IMG/VR virus record: IMGVR_UViG_3300025096_002805
Length of the DNA stretch: 20,000 nucleotides
DNA from: an uncultured virus (IMG/VR IMGVR_UViG_3300025096_002805)
Lineage: Duplodnaviria > Heunggongvirae > Uroviricota > Caudoviricetes
Direction: 5' to 3' (one strand)
Of this stretch, positions 1 to 10,700 are shown in pieces (position 1 is the first letter of the stretch; the number at the start of each line of letters is the position of its first letter). The notes beneath the pieces were generated by a model. The model did not search any database and had not been told where the DNA came from. It saw nothing but the letters and a program-made list of their open reading frames with translations. The translations under genes and the position numbers were made by a program.

Positions 1-1099
1 CGTCTTGATATAACCCAGTTGTATAATTTATATCTCTCTGTCCCGTTAAGTCTACAAGTATCTTATGGTAGATCACGCCCTCAACTCCAGACTTAAAGAA
101 AGTTGGTATTTCCTCTCCAGCCTCATTAAGATAAAATCCTGACTGTCTGTATTCGTACCCAGTGATACCGAAACCTGAAGCTAGGTTTTGTATTTCTGCT
201 CCCGTAACTTCCTTTGTCGTTTTTTCTCCAGTAACATATCCAGCTGGGGTATAGGAATCTAAAAAGAAACTTTCAGCGAAAGTATTCCTATTACTCTCTG
301 TTAAAAAATCATTAAATAGAGCTACAGTATTTATAGTTCCAGAGAAACCAGTATAAAAGTGATCGTAACTAGACCCATGTTTAAAACCGCCAAAGAAAAG
401 CTCCTCAGATTTTGTAAAGCTGTCAGGAGAAGTCTTTAAAGAAAAAGAGCCCTCATCAGGCGTATGCAAGGACACCTCCAGTAAATCTGAAGCCTTACTA
501 ACGGATACTACATTTTGCCTCTTTAAGTGTTTAGGCAAAGTATCTACTTCTCTTTGCCAGTTATTACTATCATCCTTTTCCGCAACGTACTCATAGTAGA
601 GCCTGTTAGAGCCATTTATCCCAACGTGCAAGCCCGATTCTGAATTTGCATGAGGCATTGTCGAAAATAAAACTTGACATAATTCAGGCTCCCTAGAAGA
701 CAGATCCCCAGAGAAATCAAAGAAGCAAGTCCAAGCGTCTCCTGTTAACTTAGCAACGTCCTTTAGTGAAGATTGGCTAGTGAAATACCCTGTGCCAGTC
801 GGAGTAGTATCTGTGCTTGTTATTATAGCCGGATTGCGCTCCTCAGAGATAATAGAGACATTATAGTCAGCAGGGTTATCCCCAGTATAGACAACCTGAG
901 ATCCAGTAGGGTACAGCTGATTAAAGATAACATAGGTATCGAGAACGCCCTTGGTTGCCCCAGAAACCGCCTTATAATAGACATCTCTGTGGGTTTCGTT
1001 GTCGGTATCAATAGAGCCACTTAAATTATAGTAAGAAAGAACGTTTCCGGTTTCGGATCCGGCTTTCAAAGCGTATTCTAATAAGATTTCCTTCTTCAT
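1..1099 (-). CDS. Virion tail-tip/accessory protein with a LamG (concanavalin A-like) domain; runs off the window (>=366 aa); missing from the ORF track
   Basis: Manual translation from ATG at 1099 is open to position 2: MKKEILLEYALKAGSETGNVLSYYNLSG...WTCFFDFSG...QVLFST...SGLHVGINGSNRLYYEY...LFFGGF...FYTGFSGTINTVALFNDFL...YTTGLYQD. The LFFGG and FSGTINTVALFNDFL segments resemble the LamG C-terminal 'l.iG...F.G.idev.iyn.aL' pattern. Confidence 0.8.
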   Translation of the reverse strand, partial: MKKEILLEYALKAGSETGNVLSYYNLSGSIDTDNETHRDVYYKAVSGATKGVLDTYVIFNQLYPTGSQVVYTGDNPADYNVSIISEERNPAIITSTDTTPTGTGYFTSQSSLKDVAKLTGDAWTCFFDFSGDLSSREPELCQVLFSTMPHANSESGLHVGINGSNRLYYEYVAEKDDSNNWQREVDTLPKHLKRQNVVSVSKASDLLEVSLHTPDEGSFSLKTSPDSFTKSEELFFGGFKHGSSYDHFYTGFSGTINTVALFNDFLTESNRNTFAESFFLDSYTPAGYVTGEKTTKEVTGAEIQNLASGFGITGYEYRQSGFYLNEAGEEIPTFFKSGVEGVIYHKILVDLTGQRDINYTTGLYQD

Positions 1100-1108
1100 T
1101 TTAAGTGG

Positions 1109-2917
1109 TTACCCCGTATCTTCCCTGTTCAGCTGCAGAATCTCAACAGGCTTTTCGTGACTAAAGGTTCTACTAAAAGTTATATTAGAAATCTGCTTAT
1201 TTTCTACTTTATTTTGGTTAACTAACCTAACAACATCCCCATCAACAAAGGACTTTTCCACTTTATCGTTTATCGATTCAATTTCATCTTGAGCGGAAAA
1301 AAGAGCATCTTGATTCCTCTCGTCCCCAATCGCAGCGACATTGATAGAGACCTCCTCTCTCTTCTGAGCTAAATTAAGGTCATAAATTAAATAATGCCCA
1401 TTTTGTAAACACGACGGCACTGCTTTATGAATCTGCAGAGGGGGCTGTATGTTTATGTCGTAGGTTAGATTCCTGAGTTCGCTATTATCTGGGAAGTCTG
1501 CATCAGAAAAGGTGGCTGAATAACCAATTGTCCCCTCGAACTCGTTCTGAGTGACACTTATAGAGTTCGGCTTAGGCGAGAGCACATACTGAGTCCTGCT
1601 GGGAAACATCTTGTAGTAAAGTCTTTGGGCCTCGTCTCTTACTAATTTATGACTGTTCGCTAACATTAAATCAAGTAATGTTTTATTATCCCTATTTCTC
1701 TTTTTTAAAGATCCTCGTGTCATTATAGTTCCTGAACAAGGTATAGTTATTATATCCGCTACGTTGTCATGAGTAAAAGTTATATTATAACTAAAATACG
1801 TATCTTCATTTTTTATCTTTGCATTAGCAAATAGATCATTATTATCGTAAGACGCCTGAAATGCTATTACCTTTGCTTCTTCGTTTGGGCTTATACTAAA
1901 AGACATTGGAGTCTTATGTAATTCTAAATTGTTAGGAGTTCCTGATCTAGAGCCTTCCGAGCCTTTAATATATCTTTTGTAAGCTTTATTTGCTAACTGA
2001 TAAAGATCTCTGGACTTAAAGTCCGACCGCACCTGTTCCCAAGTCACAGAACTATCCTTGCTTCCCAGTACTCGTCCATTAATGTTAACTGTGATGAAAC
2101 CATCCCCATGGTTTTCGTCGAAAGATAAAGTATAGGTCAATAATACATTCGCTGTTTGAAGAGAAGGCAGGTTAGCCTCTTCTCCCGTGGCTAAAGAAGC
2201 ATCATTATTGGCGAAACCATAATTTTCAGTTACAGAATAGGTTCCCCCGAATCTACTAATAGACTCACTAGAGCTATTTAATATTAAAGAGGACCCGGGA
2301 TGAGCATTTTTCATTAAAATAGTTCCAACTCTTTTAGAGGTCCCCTTTCTTGAATTAACAAAAGCCTTCGCCTTTGCGAATCCGTTTGTTTTTGAGTTAT
2401 TGGTATTCATCCCTTTCGCCGATATAGTATGAGTGGCAGAGGATATGCCACTTACACTCTCACTATAAGACCAATTGTCAGTAGGGTTCGTCACTCCATA
2501 ATTAGCAGTATAGAAATCTTTATCATTTTTGAAGCCGCTTAATGTAATAGAATACTCAATCAAACCAACATAGTTAGAAGCGCCAAAAGAAATACTGTCT
2601 ACCGTACAATTTGAAAGAGAGAAATCTGCCCCACCTCCTGTAACAGAGAAGTCCTGATAGTTCTTGCTCAATCCTCCTGCGAACTCCTTAGCTATCTTAT
2701 CTCTTTTCTCGCTTAACGCTAAATAGTTATTACCATCTCCTTCTTCGTCCTTTGGAAGCAAGGCTACTTTCCCCACCAAAGTTATGCTAACTCTTGTAGA
2801 CCACAGGTTGCCACCAACAAACTCATTAGAAAAAGTTTTCGACACATAGGGAGTAGGTTGCGGAAAAATAAAACTTCCATATTGGACCTTGACAGGCTGT
2901 GGATAATTTTCGCTCAT
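1109..2917 (-). CDS. Putative tail-tip/baseplate hub structural protein (602 aa), paralogue of the adjacent 622-aa protein
   Basis: Long ORF downstream of the TMP, rich in beta-strand residues (S/T/Y/F). Repeated motif S-x-S-x3-N/S-x3-G-x-I/Y-x-Y. TGATG coupling with the upstream gene at 2915-2919. Confidence 0.7.
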   Translation of the reverse strand: MSENYPQPVKVQYGSFIFPQPTPYVSKTFSNEFVGGNLWSTRVSITLVGKVALLPKDEEGDGNNYLALSEKRDKIAKEFAGGLSKNYQDFSVTGGGADFSLSNCTVDSISFGASNYVGLIEYSITLSGFKNDKDFYTANYGVTNPTDNWSYSESVSGISSATHTISAKGMNTNNSKTNGFAKAKAFVNSRKGTSKRVGTILMKNAHPGSSLILNSSSESISRFGGTYSVTENYGFANNDASLATGEEANLPSLQTANVLLTYTLSFDENHGDGFITVNINGRVLGSKDSSVTWEQVRSDFKSRDLYQLANKAYKRYIKGSEGSRSGTPNNLELHKTPMSFSISPNEEAKVIAFQASYDNNDLFANAKIKNEDTYFSYNITFTHDNVADIITIPCSGTIMTRGSLKKRNRDNKTLLDLMLANSHKLVRDEAQRLYYKMFPSRTQYVLSPKPNSISVTQNEFEGTIGYSATFSDADFPDNSELRNLTYDINIQPPLQIHKAVPSCLQNGHYLIYDLNLAQKREEVSINVAAIGDERNQDALFSAQDEIESINDKVEKSFVDGDVVRLVNQNKVENKQISNITFSRTFSHEKPVEILQLNREDTG

Positions 2918-4785
2918 CAGTATCTGTCTTTCCCGGGAACAACTCCCTTTTTATCTATAAAAGCCATTTCTAAATTAAAATCCATAGAATATCCCGAACT
3001 TACACTGTAACTCATAGAAGACGGATACCAAGATAGGTGGTTTTTTGCAACTTGAGGAGAACGTACGTATGCAAGTTTCTGAGCCTCTTCCTTAAGTGTT
3101 GTTAATACGCTAGAGGAGGCTGTTTTAATATAGTCAGTATGAGCAGTGTTTATTTTATTTGAAATCGGATTCCTCTTTAAAACACAATCCATAGTCACCG
3201 TCTTGCTTCCTTCAGAACTTTGGTTGGCGTCATAATTTGTTTCCTTTACATTAGGCGCTATAACAGAAGATCTGTAAGCTACCGGCATTTGGTAGTTTTC
3301 CGAATAGCCTAATCTTCTTAAATAAGTTTCATCCCTCAAAGCAGGGTCATCAGAATACTGAAACGAATAAGTTAACTCTACTCCATAAGCATGAAAAGCC
3401 ACAGAAGAAGACACTAAATTTTTACCATGGGTAAACCTAGGCGTAGAAGAAGGCAGTCTCAATGAATTAAACAAAGGATTAACTCTGTCTATTACATCTT
3501 GCGGGGCAGTCAACTGATCATACAAAGTCTTACAGTCAAAGTCTACATTTCTATTCTCGTCATACGCCGTAATTGTACCAGATTCATTTATAGTTGTTAT
3601 ATTCTGATTGTCTCTACTCCCCTCAATAGTGTACTGGAATATAGCGTTGTTATGCATCCTAGGGTTATTTGTAAAAGTAATTGTGTAGTCAATTGACCCG
3701 GCCTGCCTATTAATAGATTTACCGAAGGAAACCTGTTTTGTTTTTAAGTCGTCTGCCTGATTCCATTCAGAACTACCCGGAACCCAGTCTGGCTTGGATT
3801 TTATTAAGTTGTCGAAATGAGCCTTGCATCTTTTGTAGGCTTCGGCCTTCACTGTTTTGAATCCTTGAAAAGCGTTTTCGTATGCATCTTCATTTTTCTT
3901 TGTTGAGACTTCTGTTTCTAAATCTATATTTGATCTGCCACTTACGGAGCCACTCTCGGTAATAGACACTGAACCACTTTGATCTATAGCAATAGAATGA
4001 GAAGAATCTGCAGACCAATTTTCTTCTTTTTGACTATCCTTAAATACTCCATTCTTTAAATTAACAGCTCTTGTAAGGGTGTAGCTGTTTGTTAGCTCGT
4101 TATGAGACTCAGTAAATATACCGTTACCCTTTACGATTCTTATAAAACCAGCATACCTATCATCTATGAAGCCCACATTTGGAGCTGAATTACCGGTTAC
4201 GTTAAAAGCTTTTAAGGCTATCTGTTTTACTTTCTCATGAAAATTTATATTAGTTGGACTATTTTTCCTTAATGTAAAGTTTATAGAATGGTTAAAACTA
4301 TATTCATTTGAATCATTTATGTTAAATTGGAAAGACTCAGAAAATGATAGAAAATATTGAGCGTACTCTTCTTGTAGAAAATCTACACTTTTGTAAAGCT
4401 CCGGATCTGAACTTGACAAATCGCTTCTGTTGTCGAAAGCCTCGAAATACTGCAAGTCCATATTGACTCTCAACAACTGAATATGATCCTCGATGCCCGC
4501 TTCAGTAGTCTGAAAACCAAAAGATATTATTTTTACATTTCTGATTATTTGTCCATTTATAGACATAGAGTCTACGAACCCAGACTCTTTAATTTCATCT
4601 AATCTAATTTTTTCTTGATTTGTAATTTGCTGAAACCTGACGGACTCCTCGGCGTTTTCAGGTTTGATAAAAGCTGTAATGCCTAAATTTATAGTCCTGC
4701 CAAATTGATAAAGATTTCCATCAATATAATTAGCCTCTTGGGAGTACTCCAAAACTTCAGCATTTGTTAGATCAATAGTAGCCAT
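2917..4785 (-). CDS. Putative distal tail/baseplate hub structural protein (622 aa)
   Basis: Immediately follows the TMP, in the Dit/hub position. Repeated units end in FTESHNELTNSYTLT, SFGKSINRQAGSIDYTITFTN and SSSVAFHAYGVELTYSFQYSD. Confidence 0.7.
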   Translation of the reverse strand: MATIDLTNAEVLEYSQEANYIDGNLYQFGRTINLGITAFIKPENAEESVRFQQITNQEKIRLDEIKESGFVDSMSINGQIIRNVKIISFGFQTTEAGIEDHIQLLRVNMDLQYFEAFDNRSDLSSSDPELYKSVDFLQEEYAQYFLSFSESFQFNINDSNEYSFNHSINFTLRKNSPTNINFHEKVKQIALKAFNVTGNSAPNVGFIDDRYAGFIRIVKGNGIFTESHNELTNSYTLTRAVNLKNGVFKDSQKEENWSADSSHSIAIDQSGSVSITESGSVSGRSNIDLETEVSTKKNEDAYENAFQGFKTVKAEAYKRCKAHFDNLIKSKPDWVPGSSEWNQADDLKTKQVSFGKSINRQAGSIDYTITFTNNPRMHNNAIFQYTIEGSRDNQNITTINESGTITAYDENRNVDFDCKTLYDQLTAPQDVIDRVNPLFNSLRLPSSTPRFTHGKNLVSSSVAFHAYGVELTYSFQYSDDPALRDETYLRRLGYSENYQMPVAYRSSVIAPNVKETNYDANQSSEGSKTVTMDCVLKRNPISNKINTAHTDYIKTASSSVLTTLKEEAQKLAYVRSPQVAKNHLSWYPSSMSYSVSSGYSMDFNLEMAFIDKKGVVPGKDRY

Positions 4786-4791
4786 TATGGA

Positions 4792-7700
4792 CTAAGGTTT
4801 GTTGTGTTTTGCTACGGCCTTCTGCCAAGTTTGTTTCGACAAATCTCCCCCCATGTCTCTCACAACCTTTTGTATAAGTTTTCCAGACTCAGAATCTAAC
4901 ATCTTAATGCCGTTTATGTTGTAGGTGTTATTTTCTACGAAGTTCGAATGTTGCTCCATTTTAGCTTTAGCATCCTGTACTCCCCTCTCTCCGGCGTTTC
5001 GCTTGGCCGCGATCAAGCCATCCGGATCGTAAGTGCCCAGTCCCAGCGCCTCGGTGTATGGGTTCATTTCAGAGTTAGCATCTTGAATCATATCATAACC
5101 AGCATTCATCGATAGAAGATGCATATTTTCCCTTGTTGAGTTTCTAGTAAAGTTCTTTGTGTTTTTCTCAAAAAACTCTCTGCCTTCCCTTCCTCTATCT
5201 GCGGCATGCATGGCTTGGTCAGCAATATCCACTCGGCCCTCTATTCCTTCTTTCTGGAATGCTTCTAAAGTTTTCGTTAGGTTTATTAAGGCTTTAGTAT
5301 TTTGAGCTTCCGGATCTCCTTTGAAGAGGTTAGCAGCTTGCTCGGTTGCAAGCTGTTCCATTCTCTCTGAGGTCAGCTTTTCTCCCGGCCTTAGTGTTTC
5401 GTTGATACCTTGGATTTGCCTTAGCTTATCCGCTTTAGCCGCTGCCTGAGCTTGCTCCCTGAGTTCAGGAGGTAACTCTCCCCCGAACATTTGCTGAAGC
5501 CCTCTCATTCTGTTTACGGTAGCAGAGTCCTTCCCAGCTTGACTTCCAGTTCTCGTAGCTATTCCTTCGGCTATCTCAGACCCTCTTATTTGATTTATTA
5601 GCGGATCCAGAGCTGCAGGATTTCCAATTGAACCAGTTCCCCCGAAAGATTTTAGTCTTATAGCCTGACGAGCGGCTTCTTTTTGCGCTATAGCAGTTTC
5701 TTTAATTTTTTTCGTTTGGTCTTTTGCTTCTTTTTCTAGCCTGACACTCGTTCCGTTTAGATTTTCCAACTCCTTAATCATTGAATCTATTCCTGATTTC
5801 CTTGCTCCTTTAGCTCCCTCACTTTCCTTCGTAAGCCTTGCAATTAAGTCATCAGTTGCTCCTTCCGCTAAAGACCCAACTCCTCCACCCTTAGCTTGAT
5901 CGAGTACTGTTCTAACATCTGCTTGCAGACTCTGAGCTGTGGCTAATTTGTCTTGATCCTTAATACCCTCGGTTAGCCTTGATTTTCCAAAAGCAGTAGT
6001 CGCCGCCCCAAGCGTGCCCCCAAATTGTTTGTTGCGGTCTTCTGCTCCAAGCGCAAGTTTCACTTTAACTCCTTGATCAATTTTTCCTGTTGACGTCAGG
6101 AAAGCTCCAGCGGCTTGTTCTTGCACCTTCATAACCGCCTTTCTTATGCTCTGCTCTAATTCAAGCTCCCGTCTGGAGTCTTGGACTGCCCTTTGAAGCT
6201 TTCTTTCTTCTTTGATTAAAGCTTCTCTGATTGGCCTCAACGCTTCTTCCTCTTGAGCACTTTTCCTTCTTGCTTGTATCTCATTTCTAATTCCTTCGGA
6301 CATAATCTCTGCTTCATACCCGCCCTCTTCCATTCCTTTAGTAAAAGCATCTATAACAACTGGATCCAAGTCAAACTTATTGAGGGTTTGGGTCACGTCC
6401 TTCATTGCTTGATCAAATTCTTCTGTACTCATGTTGTCCGGGTCTATTTGAGAAAACAAATCAGTAATCGCCACCATATCAGAAGTATCCAAAGCATTAA
6501 ACTTTGCATCATCTACACCAGAAAAAGCTCCTTGCATGACACCCTTTATTTGATTCTCATCCCTTCCCCTTTGTCTCTCTAGCCCCTCTTTATTAAACCC
6601 GAAAGCATCCTTAGCCCCTTGAAATAAACCGGGCACATCCGTAGGGCTAATCATGTCCGTCTTTCTTATAGCTCTTACAGTCCCCGCCGTGTCCAGTCTT
6701 GTTTGAGCGCCTTGCTTCTTCCTCATCTCTATATCAGTGGCCTCCTGAATAGCCGCTTGAACTTCAGTCGGATCAAATGAACCACTTATTCTCGACCTTA
6801 CTTCTGATGGTAAACTTTTGAGCTGTTTAGCTAGTTCTCTGTTCGCCGCCATTACTTGACCTATGCTGGCGTTATTGTCGTGATATACGGCGGCAGCTTT
6901 TTCTGCAGCTTGCCCGAATTTATTTAGAGAGTTTATGTTTCTTTCTGTAGTTTCAGAGATGGTTTTAAAGCTTTGTTTGGCTGCGTCAAGCTCTTGTGCT
7001 GAGGAATTAAAAGTGTCGTTCAGCAGCTTAGCTGCTACTGTTCCCGCGGCAAGAAGTGCTGCCGGACCCATCAATCCCGCTTTTGCTATCCCACCCCTAA
7101 TTCCTTTCAACCCACTGCTGCCACCCGTAACAGCCACCCTTGTTCCACCCGGTCCTTTCATTGTCTCCTTTCCTCCCCTAAAAAAACCAGCATCTCGTCG
7201 AGTATATGTGCTCGTCCTACCTCCGGCATCGGTCATACTTACGGGCGCATGAGTCCTGCCAAATAAACTACCCTTCATCCCTGATGCCATTCCTCCAAGT
7301 CGCTCTTTCGCCAGACTAAATCTCTTCTTCATATCGAGTTTTGCCTTCATGGAATCCATCATGCTTCCCCGGTTTTGCCAGCCTTGTTTTATACCCCCTA
7401 CCATCTTATCCTTCATTGCGCCCATCTGGGTCATTCTAGAATCCCGCCACCCGCCGCCGCCGACGCCAGCTCCTGCTTGCAACGCCGCATTTTTTGCAGC
7501 TAACCCTTTGCCAATTTTTGTGTCCCCCAGCAAGTGTTGAGCAGCGATAGCTGAACCCATCACCATCAAGCCTTTTTCTACTGCGTCTAGGCTACCCCTC
7601 ATCTTAAAGTTTTCTTTTGTAGCGTCCCCAAGGGCATTTCTTAAACCAGCTAATGCAGTTTGGACACCCATGAAAACCATACCTAATTTCATCAGTGCTT

Positions 7701-10700
7701 CTGTATTTCCCTTAACCGGATCCCCTGTTATAGCAAAGTTCGGAACCCCTCCAGAAGCTTTAGGATTAAGCCCTCTAGCTAGACTTCTTCTTATTCCTTG
7801 ACCTAACCCACTCGGCTCATCTCTAGTATTGTATACCCCAACCCCCATTGGGTTTAATCCAGAAGCTAAAGATCTATTGGTACCAACTCTAATTCTATTC
7901 ATTGGTACTCCAGCGGACCTTTCCCTTTGTATAGCATTATGTAACGCACTGAAGCTTGGCACAAAACCCCCTGCTTTACCGCCCCTAGTAAACTCGGACA
8001 ATTGTACCGCTAGTTGGTCGTTCATGCGTTTTGGAGACCCATCTTTTCTTAGCACTGTACTAAAAATTTTGTTACCTATGCTATTCCAAGCCCCTGAATC
8101 TAGACTTCTTTTTGCGTCAGCTTTTACTAGCTTTCCAGTATAACCAAATTTCTTTTTAAATCTTTGGTCAACATTAGAGCTTTCCTCAAAGTCCCACAGG
8201 GCTTGACTGTCAGCACCTAATCCCTTTTCGAATGATTTAGCGCCTTTTGTCATTGCGTTGATAGCCGTTTCAAAAATAGAACCTTCTGCGCCTTCGGGGA
8301 AAAGGGCATTTCCGGTAGCTTTAATGCTTGCCGAGGTAACCTTAGGTGCGTCATCGTTCAGACCCATAGCCTGAGCAAAGTCGTTGGTTACATTCATCAT
8401 AGGCCCGGACATGTGTTTTTTAATTAATCCAGAGAACTCGTTTTTATTACTTCTGTTCTTTACGGATCCAAGAAATGACTTTTGTTGAAAATTACTAAAT
8501 GCTATTGATGAAGGATATATTGCTCCATCTTTTTTCCACCTATTTAAGCGAGTTATTTCTCCGGTACTAACTGGTATAGTACCCATAGACCCGGTTTCAC
8601 CGAAAAGAGCTAAGCCTCCATATTTTTGCTTAACATCAAAGTTAAGTCTTTTTGATTTTTTCGAAACTTTCGCTGGGCGCGCTTTTTTCCCTCTTGCTAC
8701 TGCGGCGTCTATTGACTTAATGCCCACTGCGTCTGCTCTAAGGTCTCCGCTTGCGACGCCCTGTTCTATAGCGGTTAAATTTTTAGAATTTAAGCTTATG
8801 TCTTTTACACCTTTAACACCGAAAAAACTTTTAAGCCCTTGCGCTTTGAAGTTAGGAATAAACCCTCCCGCAAGATTTTTGGCAAACTCTTTGTAAGCGT
8901 CAGAACCCTTAGGGGGAATGACTGCTGTTGCTTTTTTACCTCCGCTGTTAGTGAAGTCAACTACGCTTTCATGACCGTTGGTGAAAGCAGAGAATGCGCC
9001 ACCTCTTCCATTATGGATAGTGCTTCTTTTTGTTTTGGGGTTTGATAGTTGCGATTTAGAATATCCTCCCATCATCATACCTAATACTTCTTCATCCGCA
9101 AAGTTAGGTACATAACCCGTGCTCTTACCCCTACCTTTACCTCCAAACTTTCTTTTTCCCCCTGACGTTGCGCCAAAATCCCCAGAAAAGGCAACCCCTG
9201 CCCCCGTTAAATTAGAAGCTATCTGCTGAGAAACGAGCAACTGTCTATCTAAAGCATTGGTCTCTTGTTCGATTCTTTCTAGGATAAGCTGATGAGCATC
9301 CTCAACGCTCAGAGTGCCCTGTCTTATTCTTTCCATCAAGTCTGGGTTCTCAGAAAGAACACCAAATATTTGCTTTTGTAAATTTAGTTGGGTTTGAAAA
9401 TTCTTGTTTAGACCAGTTAATGTTCTAAAAGCGTCCGTAGCAAAAGTAGCAAGATTAGCAAAAGTCTTAAACAGAACAGCGCCTATAATTAAAAGACCCG
9501 GGCCTCCTATAAATTTACCTATTGCTTCGAATACTGTTTTGCCTATAAACTGACCGGCCTTTGCTAAATCTCCCTCTCCAGCAGCCGAATCAAACATCTT
9601 GTTAACTGCGCCAAAGATATTTTGCATAGCCGGAGCTAGGGTTAGTTGGCCAATTTCCGCCGCCGCCTCTTTGAAAGTGTTTAAAGTCTTTTGAAATTGA
9701 GCCGCTAAAGTCTGGTTAAGTTCTGAATTTCTTCTTATTGCTTGGTCTGTAGATCCGACAGATATATTTAATGCTCTATTATATATACTCTGCTCCCTGC
9801 CTAAATCGCTTAAAGCTGCCTTTAGGATATTGACCTGAAACACACCACCTACAAGTTCCGAAATTTGAGCTCTTTGAGCTGAGCTTAAATTATCAAACTG
9901 CTTAGCTAAATTTTCTAATACCTTTATAGCCGGTAGAGTGTCACCCTCTAGGTTCCTCACCTGAACACCTAGGTTCTCTAGCTCTTTTATAATTCTGGGC
10001 CTTTGTATTCTGGTAAATATCGTTTTGAAACTGTTACCGATAACAGCACCACCTCTAGCGGTTTTTTGTTGAGCCGTAGTAACGATAGCTAAAAGTTGGT
10101 CTAAGTCAACCCCAGCACTCACAGCAGCAGCGCCAACTCGACCCAAGGCTTTAGCTAGATCGTCTGAGCTTACGGCAAATGCAGCGTCAACGTTAGCCAG
10201 CTTGTTAATTATCGTAGAACTATCTAATCCTACCTTTGTGAACGTATTAAGAGCAGCTGTTAATGCGTTTACAGCCTCTGCAGCTTCCATTCCAGACAGC
10301 CTAGCTAAGATGAGGGCATCTTTTGTCCTCTTAAGGGTCTCCTCTACGCCTAAGCCCTGTCTGGCTAGCTCTGTAGCTGCCGCAGCAGCGACTTGAAAAG
10401 CTTGCCCCGTTTCTGAAGCTATCTTAAATAACTGAGAGCCAAACTTCGCCAGATTGCCTGTTGAAACCTGAAGTATGACATTGATATCCTTTAGCGACTT
10501 TTCTACTTCTATAGCCGCCTTAACAGTAGTCGTAAAGGCTTTCTTAACCGCCAATATAGCACCCGCAGAAGCCCCGAAGGCTAAAACACGAGCGTTAGAA
10601 GCGTCTAAAGACTTCTCAAATTCCCCCAGTTGCCCATTGATTCTACCCAGAGGTCTAAAACCCCTTGTGTTTAAGGCTAAATCAATATTAATTCTTGTAG

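Noticed and set aside
4783..4794. TMP TAG stop is in frame with the next gene (TAG TCC ATA ATG), suggesting read-through or TAG recoding
   Set aside because: Long ORFs have no internal TAG, the other TAG stops (10764, 18244) are followed by real spacers, and an in-frame neighbour has a one-in-three chance.
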